From Haliotis rubra (Eukaryota): a stretch of DNA of 64,000 bases. Positions 25,701 to 39,649 of the stretch are shown one piece after another; within the stretch, counting starts at the first letter, position 1, and the number at the start of each line of letters is the position of its first letter. A program made the translations under genes and the position numbers. The notes under the pieces were generated by a model, which made no database searches, had not been told where the DNA came from, and was given only the letters and a program-made list of their open reading frames with translations. Location: the NCBI RefSeq assembly GCF_003918875.1, contig NW_025765499.1, positions 1 to 64,000 on the forward strand, written 5' to 3'.

Positions 25701-26230
25701 TAGAGAAATGATTAATGGTTTTACAGATAGGTATATTTGTATCCAGACAGTTTCATCATGAATGTTTTCTAAGTTTTGCATTCTCGTAAATGCTAATGTT
25801 TTTCTGATGTAAATCATAATACCTCCGCCAAATGAGTTTCTGTCTTTACGAATAGAGTCATGGTAACCTGTCCACTTCATTGAAACATTATCGGTGTTGT
25901 CGTCTAAACGTGTTTCTGTGAAACCAACAATGTCGTTATCGGAAACATACACGCTAAGATATTCCAGTCTATTTCTTATACTTCTGGTGTTAAGATGAAA
26001 TAAAGATAGAGTTTTGTCATGAAACTCGTGCATTTGTGAGCCTGGATTCGACTCGATGTCGCCAGCAAGCTGGAGTAACAATAGCAGTAGGATGGTTACG
26101 TTAGTGTTACTGAATTGACTCTGTAATACACAAAGGAAAGCTATCACAGGGCTTGTTTTACATGACGCCGATAGAGGAATACACATGTTATATAATTCTC
26201 ATAAAATGGCCCATAGTAAGGAATTGTTAC
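22790..26230 (-). mobile_element. Degenerate CR1-clade LINE ORF2 (2A-like motif + APE + RT)
   Basis: LLLLLLQLAGDIESNPGS then LFHLNTRSIRN..FTET..RKDR..GGG (APE). RT pieces RPISLISCVGKVFE, FCDISKAFDRVWH, GVPQGSVLG, LFADD. C-terminal CICG..HYLFEC. Confidence 0.9.
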
Positions 26231-26619
26231 ATAAACTAAATGGGGAAAGTCCTTTGCTGAAGGGATGGTATAAATCCAGCTAGGGTCCATGCAGGTAGCA
26301 AAAGTACTGTAAGTCCCCATGGTTCCTAGTATGGTGATATACCTTCAGTCGCTGGCGATCTATAGCCCAATTTTACGATGTGTTGTTGTATATTATCTAT
26401 TCTTTTAAATGCTATCAACTATTTGTAACTTATAACTGTGATAATCTAGTTATTCTATTGCCCATCGATGGCAGTTTTTTATTCCTTGTGTATTTAGTCT
26501 TAAGATTCCAATTGTCGTCACGATATGGCTGAAATATTGCCGATTTGACGTTAAACACTCACTAACCCACACAGCAGGCGGAGCAATAGTTCCTTACATT
26601 CACGAGCGAGATTGCAAAA

Positions 26620-26836
26620 TATACCACCATTGCTCAGTTGTCAAATATAATTCAGTCGAATTGCAGAGGACTTAAAAATAACTTCAACGAAATACAATTA
26701 TTGATACAGGATTTACAACCGTCAGCATTTTGTCTAAAGAGAACATGTCTCAAAAAAATACGGATACGTTCAACTGAAGACAGTATAGTGATTATCATTC
26801 CTTTTCCCATCCAGGAGATAGAACAACTGGAAGTGC
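26620..26836 (+). mobile_element. I/Nimb-type LINE ORF2 N-terminal (APE) fragment
   Basis: NIIQSNCRGLKNNFNEIQLLIQDLQPSAFCL. A matching C-terminal piece lies at 30660-31130 beyond the nested inserts. Confidence 0.65.
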
Positions 26837-26844
26837 TTTATGTT

Positions 26845-27197
26845 GGTACTGCAGGTATTGCCTTGACACTGTGCAGCTTGTTTAGCCATCCCTCTTCTGA
26901 TATTCGCACAGAAGTGAGGGCCGCCATTGGGCAGACCCTACCGGTGTCAGTGTCGAAGCGTAGCGCAGCAGACCCCGGGATCCAGGCTGCGTACACCATC
27001 AGCTCATGATGCGGCTTTCTCGGAGCCTGCACGTTCCTGTACCTATCTGTGATGAAGGGGCGGCGCGGCAGCCTCGTTTTGATAGTACTGGTGGCGAGTA
27101 TGACTCCATTTCAGCATGGGTAGACGAATGGGACTCGGTCATCACGTTCATCGGCTTTCCAGGTCTAGGACAATCGTTTATTTCACCAGCTGCCACT
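26845..27197 (-). mobile_element. Tc1-like transposase N-terminal remnant
   Basis: GEINDCPRPGKP (DRPRSGRP-like) in ORF 26999-27196. Confidence 0.4.
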
Positions 27198-30100
27198 TGC
27201 TACATTTACATTTACATGTATATACATTTATATAGCGCTAATATCCAGTCTTAAGAAGACTGCACAAGAGCGCTGCTGAACTCCATATGCAATGCTGAAT
27301 AAATGAGTTTTTAATCTGGATTTGAAAGTACTGAATGTCTCTACTGATCGAAGAGAGAGGGGTAATTCGTTCCACAAACCTGGGCCGACAACCTGAAAAG
27401 ACCTTCCACCACATGTCTTGGTCCGGCTGACTACTGTCTGGTACATGTGCTATTGTGATGACCTCAGATGGCGTGTAGGTTGATATTCTTGCACAAGGTC
27501 TGAGAGATACCCTGGTGCCGTGTTGTGCAAGGCTTTGAACATCAGTACCAATATTTTGTAATGGATACGTTGTCGGATGGGTAACCAGTACAATGTCATC
27601 AGAACAGGTGTTATATGCTCTGTCTTCTTTGTGCGTGTCACAACTTGGGCAGCTGAGTTCTGGACTCCCTGTAACTTGCTCAGAAGATATTCTGGAATCC
27701 CCTGCAGCAGATCATTGCAATAGTCCAACCGAGATACTACATATGCTTGCATCAATGTTGCAGCAGTTTGTTGGTTGATGTACTTCCTGATTAACCCTAT
27801 GTTGCGGATGAAATAGTAGGCATTCTTGCACATTTTATTGACGTGCTTTTCAAGGCTAAAAGTGCTGTCAAATATCACCCCAAGATTGCGAGCATGATCA
27901 GTGGGTTCAATGATACACTCATTAATTTCAAGTGTTATTGAAGACAACCTTTGTCGTGTTGAACTTGAACAGAGAATGAGCATTTCTGTTTTGTCTTGAT
28001 CCAGCTTCAGGAAATGTCTGGTCATCCATGTTTGAATATCAGCAATACAATTTTGAATTGTCGAACATGCTGCATCGCTGGATGACAACTGCAGAGGCTT
28101 GAAACCTAGGTAGAGTTGGGTATCATCTGTGTACAAGTGAAAAGCAAGGTTGTGTGATCGGGCTATGTCTCCAAGTGGTGATGTATAAATGACAAACAGA
28201 ATCGGACCGAGGACTGACCCTTGGGGCACTCCAAATTGAAGTTCTTCCTTCTCCGAAATTGTTCCATTAATACACACTGACTGATGTCGGTTTGATAAGT
28301 ACGACCTGATCCACTTTAACGCTAGGCCAGTGACCCTGATCCTACGTTCAAGGATGGAGATTAAGATGCCGTGGTCTACCGTGTCAAACGCAGCGGATAG
28401 ATCCAGTAAGACTAGGATGGATCCTCCTGTAGAATCAACAGCACACAATAAGTCATTCTGCACACGAACTAGCGCCGTCTCGGTGCTGTGCCCTTGCCGA
28501 TATGCAGATTGCATAACTTCAAACAAGCAGTTTGATTCCATGCGCTCTTTCAGTCTTGATGCAACAACACGCTCCATGAGTTTTGGGAAATACGACAGGT
28601 TAGATACTGGCCTGTAGTTCTTCATTATCTCAGAGTCAAGCTGGCTCTTCTTTATGAGAGGACTGACAACAGCTTCCGTCATTGACAGTGGCCCTGATCC
28701 TTCTGAGAAAGATGTGTTTATTGTGTGCATCAGGGTAGGAGCAACAGAGTCATGGCACTCCTTTAGGAACCATGTTGGCACAGGGTCTAGGGAACATGAT
28801 TTTCCCGGACTCATCTTAATTATCTCACCCACTTCTTTTTCAGTTGTATCACTGAAAAAGGCCAGTGGGGAGAAATCACAACAGTTTATATCTTCGCTGT
28901 ATGCAGGCGAGGTATCAGATTGTAGATTTTCCAAACATGTCCTTATAACTTTGATCTTTGAAGTACTTTGCAAACTTGTTTGTGAGTTCATCCAGTGCAT
29001 CCAAGGTTGGTAGAACTTTATCTGTTTTCTTGAACAAGAGCTTGTTTGAAAGAACCTCTTTAACATTAGAAGCTCCATTTAACTGCTCAACAAAAAAGTT
29101 GGTTTTCTCTATCAAAGAGGTAACCATATTCCTTAAGATATTGAAAAGCTGTTTGTGAATGAATAGTCCAGTCCGTCTCATTTGTCGTTCTAACTTTCTG
29201 CGTTTCTGTTTTTCATTGCGTATGTTGTCATTGTACCAAGCGGCATTTTGGTGTATTGTAACTTTCTTTGTTACCTGTGGTGCATGCTTATCCAAAGTTT
29301 CCTTCAATGCCTCAGTGTACAGATCAACACTTTCATCAGCGGATCTGTTCCCATGATGTACCAGGGCATTGTCGAGATCTTGTTTGAAGCTAGGCATATT
29401 GATAGTTTTCCATCTTCTGAACACCACTTCTTGTATTTCTCGCCTGGGGGCAATGATGTTCGTGTTGAACAGAACGGCAAAATGATCCGACTTAACTGAC
29501 TGGTCCAGTGTGATATCGGTGATGTCAAGTTCTAGTAATAACTAGATCCAAAATATGCCCCTTGCTTTGGGTGGGCTCCTTTACATGCTGGCACACCGTG
29601 AAATTGAAGAAGATTATTGAACCTTACAACGTCTCTCCTCTGTGGCATATCAACATGAAGATTGAAGTCACCGCACATAAGTAACTTGCCAGGAAGTGTC
29701 ACAATGCTGTCAAGCAGCAAAGGGAAAGATTGAATGAAAGTTGCTTCTTGCCCAGGTGGACGGTAAAACCACAATCAGGGTTATGGATTGATTATCCACT
29801 GATAGTGTCACTGCTAGAACTTCGCAGGACGACTCCCAATTTGTGAGTTTTATCCTTGAACACTGTAGAGTTTTTCTATATACAATGGCCACGCCTCCTC
29901 CTCTCTTGGTATTCCTGGGCACCTGAATGCACTTGAATCCAGGAGGAGTCATTTTGCCGATGGCAATCTTATCTGTGTCATCCTTACGTAACCATGTTTC
30001 TGTGACTACCAGAACATCAAGGTTATTGTCTACAATTAGATCACACAATGACTGAGCCTTATCAGTCGAGGAATCATAGCTTTTAGCTGATCTTGAGTTG

Positions 30101-30630
30101 ATAGTGCCAAACTTCAAAGTATGCACCTTGTATGTACATTATTCATTTAAGTGTTTTAGTTTAATTGAAGAGAGACGTGAAACGTTGTTGACAACGTCCG
30201 CCACGGTAACCTCGACGTGTTTTCTTGATGCGACAGGTGCCAAAGTCTCTTAATGTTTTAATTGTAGTGGCTGGTATTCTGTCGTGTTTTTTTACAGCCA
30301 GAGATTGCAAGTCACTCGAGGTGTAAGTTAACATTGTGATAAGCAGTAACCAGGGAAACGTATACATAATCAGACACATGGTGAAGCGCGGATCACATAG
30401 CTTACATATAGCCAAGTCACCACGGTCCTGGTCCTTGAATGAACAATAGGTACACCAAACACAATAGGCAGGCCTGATTGGAAAGATCTTTAAGCTTGGG
30501 GTAATCAGGTTGGTGTGAAGAAAATACCTTGTTCAATGGTGAAATTTGTCAGATAGTTTATGCCTTATATGTCATATTTTGACATAAGATTCAAGAAATC
30601 AAATCCAGTAGATGTAAGCACTCACACATG
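27198..30630 (-). mobile_element. Near full-length L2-clade LINE with frameshifted APE-RT
   Basis: APE pieces (VTETWL, GGGVAI, YRPP, CGDFN). RT 27450-29078 (NYRPVSNL, QSAYR, LLDLSAAFDTVDH, GVPQGSVLGP, YTDD, WLPIRQRI). C-terminal FKSRLKTHLF and an (ATGTAA)n tail. Confidence 0.92.
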
Positions 30631-30659
30631 TTCCATCTTCATGTCACATTTGAAAGACG

Positions 30660-31130
30660 TAGGTGGTAGCTGTGTGTAGATATTGTCACATAACATGTTG
30701 TCTAATAACCGTCTGGGCCATGTCGAGAACTTTCCATCGTATAATTTCTGAAAGGCGACCCTGTCGTAGAGTTGATATTGTGTTACATCGGTGCCGAATT
30801 TGGCATGCCCTCTTTACCCATACGTTCCTTCTAAAAGGGGAACATTCCCGTAAGTGTACTCCTTGCCAGTGTCAGGTAAACGTGCAATATATCCTTTTAG
30901 ACGGCATGGATACAGTGTCAATACGTCATAAGTATTTTGCTGTTTCTACAATGAATTAAAACACTATTTACTCAAGTCCATTGTCAAAACATTATAGCAC
31001 TATTAAAAGAAACTGATTATGATAAGAAAAATATATTGTCTCAATTGTGAGTTTTTCTCCATTTTTGTGTGATATGTACCACTTACTATGAACCTTTGGT
31101 TCTACTTTATTGGTACAAGTTGGAGCTTTT
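30660..31130 (+). mobile_element. I/Nimb-type LINE C-terminal fragment
   Basis: RRVDIVLHRCRIWHALFTHTFLLKGE..CTPCQCQVNVQYIL (RLRIGH..CxxC..H zinc knuckle). Confidence 0.7.
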
Positions 31131-31462
31131 ACTAGTAAATTCCGTTATATTGCTGATGCTGTAGCGATAGTATTCATTCATTCTGAACGTCTACTTCATG
31201 ACGTGTAAGAACAGTTAGTATTTAGTACTGTCGTCTTATGAATCAGTTCAGGAGGCTGTAGCGCAGATAAACCAATCAGGAACTGTACACCCTAATACGC
31301 TTGGTGCCATCAGGAACCGACATCAGGAACCGCCGTGATGTTGCTTGAATATTACTAAAAACGGCGGAAAATTAAACCCACTCACTTCCATCCTCCATAA
31401 TATTGGTAAATACCGTCTGCAAACTGGACCTTTGTTCGGAATCCAGTTGGAATGCACCCCCC

Positions 31463-31559
31463 AACTTACTTACTATTTTGAATAAGCAATGTGTGAACTT
31501 ACTTACTATTTTGAATAAGCAATGTGTGAACTTACCGACTATTTTGAATAAGCAATGTA
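31463..31559. repeat. 33-bp tandem repeat x3
   Basis: AACTTACTTACTATTTTGAATAAGCAATGTGTG at 31463, 31496 and 31529. Confidence 0.9.
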
Positions 31560-31724
31560 TTAGTATTAGGGGATGTTTTGACGGTTTGTGGTATTGTACA
31601 TTTGTAAATTTCAGGGATATATGCACGGTTATTAAATTGTTTGTTGAGGTAATATAATATTGTCAGGCAACTGAACAAGTCGTGTTTGAAATGACATTAA
31701 TGCATAAAAGGACTATAGTACATA

Positions 31725-34700
31725 TAAGCTTTTATTCCTCAAAAGGAGAGTACAATGAGATGCATATACATTAAATTACATTATACATGCATACATTTTT
31801 TGTTGTTGTTGGTTATCATCATTATTGTCATTTTTTGTGTATTATTATTTTATTCATATTTTTTTTAAAGAAAAATTAGTTTGACTGTCATACAGTTCCA
31901 CACGTTTGTTGAAGGACGCAATGTGAGTTATGATGGTTGTGGCATATTGCAATGTCTCGTCATCACTCAGCTGTAACGGAGGTCTACAGGATAGCAGCAT
32001 GGATACCAGTCCAATGTCACTCTGGTTGTGAAGGCAGACACTGACCTCAATTGGACTGCAGTTGATGATGTCGCACCAGAGACTCTCTCTTATGCCAGAT
32101 GTTCCAGGGCAGGAGCACACAGTGTGCACCAGAAGATCACAGTAGTCCTCATGGCACAGTTAACATTGTCCCTTGACTTTGCCAGGTCTCCAACACGCAC
32201 AGAGCTGGACAACCACTCTGCACAAGGATTTCAAGGAAAGATAACTCTTGTCTACCAACCAGGCCATGTGAGGTTGGATATGGGGGTGAATCAGTTTGAA
32301 GTGCTTCAGGTCGGGATCGTCATCCGTTCTGGTCACCCGCTGCCTCTCTTCGTGCTGCTTAAGAGTGGCTTTAACCTTCTTCTTCCAGGACATGTACGTC
32401 ATGAATACTCCTGTTGCTAAAAGGAATGGTAATGCTCTTGCAACTCATATCTATGCAGAAGTCGACGAATATCAGGTATGAAGCCCAGTGATGTACTGCT
32501 ACAGTTATATCTGAGGGAATACAACCGAGTGAGAAATAACTGAGATGATATATTCTGCCTTTTTGTATGACAAAGTCTCCCAAAGAAAAGAAGTTTTTGT
32601 TTGTCGATATATGCTCCTTCAGGAAGGACACCAAGGAAAGCGTTGCAAATGTCAGTCCTTGTGCATCTGGGAAGTCCTTGTGCCAGCTTCATCGCGAATC
32701 TATGTCCACGCTCGATTGCAAGGATCTAGGGATTTTGGTAAACATATGGACTGGAAGAGTTTTAAACTGGTTAGTGGATTTAGGGCGTGTGAATGGACTC
32801 CATGTTTAATTAATGCCATTGAGGTTGATTTTAGCTTTAAGCAGGCCTTTGCGGTTCTGTTCCAAGAATTTAATTTACTGTTCAACTCAATGCCAAGATG
32901 TTTGGTTTCAGTTACATTAGGGATGTTGGATCCGTACAGACATATTTTCACTTGGGCTGCCTCCCTTCTACCAAATGACATCACAGTACTCTTTGATGCC
33001 AAAAAACATGAAGCGCCACATGCTACTGTATTGAACACACATGTTTGTCATAGCTTGCAGGTTAGCTGTCAGAGGACTCAACATTGTGATATTGTCTGCT
33101 TGTGTTGGGGCAGAAACATGTACGTCCAAGACCATTGCCCCTTTTTGAGATGATGTAAGCTTTCGAAGCAGGTTGTTGATGAACACTAAATAGATTTGCT
33201 GAGAGAACTCCGCCCTGCCGGACACCTCTCTCTAGATTAAACCAGTAGGATTCCTTACCATTCACTAGCACACGGCTCTTCATCCCTTCATAACAGTTAG
33301 ATATTATCCTCCAAATAGGTTCTTGAATCTTCATTTCATGCAGTTTCCATAGCTGCCCGCTATGCCAAACCGTATCAAAGGCCTTTGTGCTGTCCAGCAT
33401 CACAGCTTTCAGTGAATCACCTTGCTCTATGTAGTGAACAGCCACCTCCTTGATAGAAAAATGAAGCATGAGTTGAGGACAGACCTTTTTGAAATCCGCA
33501 TTGATGCGTATTTGGAAATGTTCTGTAGCCTTGAAACTGTTGTATCCTCCTGTCTAAAATGGTTTCAAATAATTTGAAGATTACTGGTAAGAGTGACACT
33601 ACCCTGTATAAGTCCGGTGAAGTCTTTGGCTTCCCACCTCCCTTGTAGATAGGTACTACAACTCCATGTTTCCAGGCACATGGTATTATGCCAGAGTCTA
33701 TGATACTATTAAATATGTTAGCTAGGCATGTATGCAGGTTCGATCCGCCATATTTGAGATGCGCACACATTTTATATTTCACGTTTAGAAGTGTACAAGT
33801 CCTTAGAAACATTTCAGTTCACTGACCCTGTCCTCAATATCAGTTTTGAAGTCTCTATCAAAATGGTCCTCATCCTTGTCACTGAATACCTGCTTCATGT
33901 GGTCAGCCATCGAATCACAAATCTGTTGTGTGTCTTTGGTTAACTTTCCATCAACATTGAGCATATTCCATTGTTGGTTACTACTTCCTCTTCCCAGTAA
34001 TGACCAGCTTCTGGTCAATGTCCTGCATGTTATCCAGATTCTTGAAGTATTCAGACTCATACATTTGCGCTGCTTGTCTTAGGAAATCTCTGAATATATC
34101 CTTAGTTTTTTTGTAGGTTTTAAAAGAATCAAATTCCATCCCTCTTGGGCATTCATCGTCTTTCCAGATTTGTCTTGCTAGTCTCGTGTGGTTGTGATGA
34201 GATGCTACCTGTGTATTCCAATATGGTTTTAAGAAGGGTTTGTATTTCCTACTTGGCAGACATTCTGATGCAGCTTTCTGTAAACTCCAGATAACTGATT
34301 CATATTTTCTTTCAATGTCAGTTTTAGTGGGATTTGGTGGCAAGAGAGCTTCTCCCCATAAGCAGTGTGAAACAGCAAAAGTGTAATCTTTAATAGTTCC
34401 GTTTTTTTATTGCCTTATCCCATGCAGGTTTCTGATGACCGGACAGCTCTTTGACATAATCAACAGCATTGACTTGCAAAGTGAACAGTACAGGGTGGTG
34501 ATCAGATATAATTAGTGGGTTGTCATCAAGCACCTTCACCTCACTTACTAGCATCAGCATATCTTTAGGTATGATAATGTGGTCAATCGTAGACTCCGGG
34601 CCGCCGTCATAAGCCTGAAATGTACTCACTGGTCCAGTGTATATGCTGAGGAGGTTAGCTGATTCTAGAAAGAACCTTTGTTTGAGTTCAGACAGAAGTA

Positions 34701-34800
34701 AACTACGACAGTCCTTTGAAAAATCAGTTTTAGGGCCTGAGAGTTGGCATTAAAGTCACCCATAACAATGACGTCACCTATTAATGATATGCAGCAACCA
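31725..34800 (-). mobile_element. Heavily degraded RTE-X-like LINE (APE-RT)
   Basis: Fragments MGDFN, STIDHI..ISDHHPV, YRVVSLL, QCGFQ, LDSTKAFDTVWH, GVRQGGVLS, QADN, KHLG across many short ORFs. Confidence 0.85.
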
Positions 34801-36268
34801 ACTCATCAAATCATCGACGGACTGTTGAACTTGATATTCAGCGAGAGGGTGGTATGCTGTTGACCAGAGGGCAAGCGTGAAGATCACTAGGAGTAATACC
34901 AAGGCTGGAGTAGTGGCCATTTTAGGCTGATGAGTCGGACAGTGGAACTACTGAGGCCTGCTGACACCGGTAGAGGATTGATGCCAAACACGGACACTGC
35001 TACCTTGTTGTCAAAGTAACCATCATTTACTGGTATCACTATGAACATGTACCTTATAACAGTTATAATGCTACAACTGTGCCGATGAGTAAGTCTGGTT
35101 AGATAAGTGTTTGAGGGTCTGTGTGCAGGTGAATAAGTGTATCATGGTTTGAGTATATCTGGGTGAGGATTGAAAAGCCTGGGTATGTGCATGTAATTTA
35201 AATGTGAATTGCATGTGAGAGATACGAGATTTAAGACATATATCACTGTTTTGATAAAAATGAATGTGTATATGATGGCGTGTTTTGTACATCTGGGGGT
35301 TGGTACAATAAACGTTTGAAACTTAATCTTTTTGTTCTGAATGTGACAATGATTTCAGATTGTTTTTTGTTTAATAATAAATATGTGAAGATATATTGTT
35401 TGACGTATGTTTTAATAAGAATATACGTTATTACGTTTTCGCATGTATGGAGTTATGAACGTGTTCAGTGTGTGCAGATGTTACGTAAATCTTTCACGTA
35501 CACGGTACGCTCTTCGGGTGTCACATTTACACCTTCAGCAGCAATGTAAACGTATGAGCAAATATTGAAGCCACGTTCTTCATAAACAGGCTTCTTATTC
35601 CATTGAAAATATCGGGTGTTGTAATCTGGGTGGGGTTTTTTAATTTAAGCTCATGCGCGAGAGCTATTCCGTACTATACGGATAAGGGGAATATCTTGTA
35701 TTTTGTGTTTCTCATCGCACGACCGACTGTAATATGTCTGCCGACCCGCAAATTAAAAACAACTGTTTTTATTTCCGCCGACTCAAACTCAGAACGTACT
35801 GCTGGTTCAATCGCTACCTTAATATCAGTGCTGGCATGAAGGCTGTATGTAGCGGACAACTGTAAATATTCACAAGAAAGCTCAGTGCTTGGTATTAACA
35901 TTCTTCTTTCTAAACATCATATTTATTAATACCTTATCATATATCAAAGATCAAAGAAACGTTTTAATGACCGAGGTGTCTAACTTTGTGAGATCTGATT
36001 CAGTCTATTCTGATGTTCTCTGCTATTGGTCTTTGGTTTTCTCTGCTGCTTCTACGTGCAGTGCAATCTGTGTTATTGATTCACAGTCTGCAAATATGAC
36101 AAATGATTTTGCTGTTTATATTTTAAAAAGGTTATTTCCCGAATATTAACATGATAAAATGATTTATTGCTTCTTATATATTTTAAACAGGTTATTTACC
36201 CACTCATAAACGAATTCGTATTAACAGGAATGATACAAATAAACAGAATTCGTATATCATAAAACGGG

Positions 36269-36561
36269 GGAATTCGTCCCATACCCACTCATAAACAGGA
36301 ATTCGTCCCATACCCACTCATAAACAGGAATTCGTCCCATACCCACTCATAAACAGGAATTCGTCCCATACACACTCATAAACAGGAATTCGTCCCATAC
36401 CCACTCATAAACAGGAATTCGTCCCATACCCACTCATAAACAGGAATTCGTCCCATACACACTCATAAACAGGAATTCGTCCCATACCCACCCATAAACA
36501 GGAATTCGTCCCATACCCACTCATAAACAGGAATTCGTCCCATACCCACTCATAAACAGGA
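36269..36561. repeat. 29-bp minisatellite, 10 copies
   Basis: Unit GGAATTCGTCCCATACCCACTCATAAACA. Confidence 0.95.
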
Positions 36562-37813
36562 ACAATAAAGCAAAGTCACAGTTATACATGTTTTTGTCTC
36601 CTTTCAAATCTTATTTTTCTTTTTCAAACCAACCGAAACGACCTAAGTTTAGATCACGGTGGCTACGTGAAACACTTAAAATAAAAACGCTGCCCTAATC
36701 GAGGACAACATGATTGACAGACGTCCTTGGCGATCTCAAGGAAATGTGTGCAGACGGATATTTATATATGTCTCACTGGCTTTTACATGATTATCTATCA
36801 CAAGTTTTGGGAACTAATTTCCAATTCAAAGCGCCAGTTTACTTATATGTTCAAGAATATTGCGGTGGTCTCTAATTAAACATTTCTTGTGTTTCCGCGC
36901 CAAGGTCGACATTGTACATATCAAAACAGTTCTTGCTTTTGTTCATTATCTCTATCCGTGCGTCTGTTGACTTTCCTCTCACGTCCTGCCAGTGCACCTA
37001 TTGTCGGTGCCAGAAGTATCGCCTATCAGACGCTCAAGGCTTCACATTGTCTGGGTCACTTTACAGTATTGACATGCTTACTATATTGACATGCTATTTG
37101 AAGCTCTTGTACCTGGCAACGGCGAGATTATTGGAACTGGTCTTAAAGTTTCTACGAACCTTAATTTGTTGGTTTAAAAGGAAATCGCTATTATCTGGCT
37201 TTGGGATGATAATGGACTAAATACGTGGGTGGCCAAATAGTTTCCATCACTGCATCAAACAAACTGTAGCGCCGATATTTCTTTTACGTTTTACCTTCAA
37301 AACAGTCAACGTTTCCCAGAGACCTCATGATGCAGTGCTTTCTGGTATATTGACGTTGTCGATAACCAGTTCTGCAGGTGATGCCTTTTGCTTGATTTAT
37401 CTGCCTCTGTGTTTACCAAACCCAGTCACAGTGACATAAAACATACACCTACTGACAGACTAAACGTCTTACGGACCCTTTTTATACCAGAAACCTACCG
37501 CTGCTGACCTTATGCACCACATCCCGTATTAATTCCTTCACAAAATCAACATAACTTGTATATTCCAACCCTACATATACACACACCTTGTATACCACAA
37601 CCTTACAGCTACACACCTTGAATACAGCAATTCTACAGTTATACACATTATGTACCGCAAACCTATAACTATAATTCCTTATATGTAATCAATCATAGAG
37701 TTATGTATCTTATTTATCACAACGTGACAGCTGTGAACATCTTATCTTTCTTAACCTTACATCTGTAAAACTGTACCACAAACCTACAGCTACATACCTT
37801 ATATACTGAAACT

Positions 37814-37936
37814 CCAGGACCTCCTTTCACGAAGCAACCTTAACTAAGGTTAACCTGAACTCACATTCTTTAACACTGCACTAAGGTTACCTTATTGACT
37901 TACGATCACCTTAGTGCTTTCTTAAAGGAAGCCCTG
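37814..37936. mobile_element. Short MITE
   Basis: Imperfect TIRs CCAGGACCTCCTTTCACGAAGC / GCTTTCTTAAAGGAAGCCCTGG. Shares TTACGATCACCTTAG with the 45337-45661 element. Confidence 0.5.
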
Positions 37937-38806
37937 GTTTATACACTATATACATACCAACTTTGAGACTATAAACCTTGTATACTGACACTATAGGTCT
38001 ATACACATTATTCATATCAACTTTGAGACTATAAACCTTGTATACTGACACTATAGGTCTATACACCTTATACATACCAACTTTGAGACTATAAACCTTG
38101 TATACTGACACTATAGGTCTATACACCTTATACATACCAACTTTGAGACTATAAACCTTGTATACTGACACTATAGGTCTATACACCTTATACATACCAA
38201 CTTTGAGACTATAAACCTTGTATACTGACACTATAGGTCTATATACCTTATACATACCAACTTTGAGACTATAAACCTTGTATACTGACACTATAGGTCT
38301 ATACACCTTATACATACCAACTTTGAGACTATAAACCTTGTATACTGACACTATAGGTCTATACACCTTATACATACCAACTTTGAGACTATAAACCTTG
38401 TATACTGACACTATAGGTCTATATACCTTATACATACCAACTTTGAGACTATAAACCTTGTATACTGACACTATAGGTCTATACACCTTATACATACCAA
38501 CTTTGAGACTATAAACCTTGTATACTGACACTATAGGTCTATACACCTTATACATACCAACTTTGAGACTATAAACCTTGTATACTGACACTATAGGTCT
38601 ATATACCTTATACATACCAACTTTGAGACTATAAACCTTGTATACTGACACTATAGGTCTATATACCTTATACATACCAACTTTGAGACTATAAACCTTG
38701 TATACTGACACTATAGGTCTATACACTTTATACATACCAACTTTGAGACTATAAACCTTGTATACTGACACTATAGGTCTATACACATTATTCATATCAA
38801 CTTTGA
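37937..38806. repeat. 60-bp minisatellite, about 14.5 near-identical copies
   Basis: Unit TATACTGACACTATAGGTCTATACACCTTATACATACCAACTTTGAGACTATAAACCTTG, flanked by older ~30-bp degenerate units (about 37500-37810 and 38806-38920). Confidence 0.97.
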
Positions 38807-39649
38807 AGCTACTTTATATGCCATATCTACAAAGTTATACACTATATATCACAAACTTGTATGTATTAACCTTTCTCAATCCACACACCCCATACGCATA
38901 ACCCTTGTACGTCACAAGTATGTTCATAGTGAACTAGATATACGGGACTATATATTGTCTGTTTGCAGCGAAAACGTACCAATGAATTTCACTTTAAACA
39001 AAAAAGTAAATAAAATAATGTCAAATGAAGATTGCGAATCTTCATAATTTTACCTTGACAGTTGAACATTTAAATCTTAGAATTTTATTCAACTTAAGAT
39101 AAAAGTTGTTTAACAAACGATCATAGTTTGAAATCGCTATTATTGGTTTCTATTACAAGGGGGGGTATTCTCGGTACGTTTTAACTGCAAACACACTATA
39201 GCTATACAGCTGTATGACACAGGACCTGTGTTCAGTTTGATAAGTAGTAATGCGATTCTTGTCAATGAACCCCCATTTATATTTCATATGTTATGTGAAT
39301 TTAACGTATTGGAAAGATTTCCGCCAAAATACCCCCGTTTTTTATCATTATATGCCTAAGAATAGATGTTATTGTTTTTATAGAAAGCCTACCCTAACCC
39401 TAAACCTAACAAAGTGATAAATCTAAACCCTAAACCTAAACCCTAGAAATAATCATAATAAATAGAATACATTGCGGGCGGGGGTTACGGACGGAACTCT
39501 TACCACTGAGGGTACCGAACAGCTACTTTAGGGGCATTGTGTATTTCATAGCTGTCGGCCGTGGGAGCCGGGCCAATTAACACTTATCAGAGGGGCACAC
39601 AAAGCCCGCAGTCTAGACTACCAGTTGTCCGACTTCCATGTTTGTGGAA

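Noticed and set aside
34926-34950. CTGATGAGTC..GAC hammerhead-like start
   Set aside because: No properly placed GAAA, stem I or stem III.
36269-36561. 29-bp repeats of CRISPR-repeat length
   Set aside because: Head-to-tail with no spacers: a minisatellite.
36860-37400. Possible DNA-transposon coding relic (PLPGTR)
   Set aside because: Too degraded to assign.
37911-38795. 294-aa repetitive ORF (MYKVYRPIVSVYKVYSLKVG)n
   Set aside because: By-product of a stop-free 60-bp minisatellite; no unique N- or C-terminal domain or signal peptide.
39388-39446. Telomere-like CCCTAA repeats (also near 61160)
   Set aside because: Few, degenerate and interstitial; probably part of a transposon, not a chromosome end.
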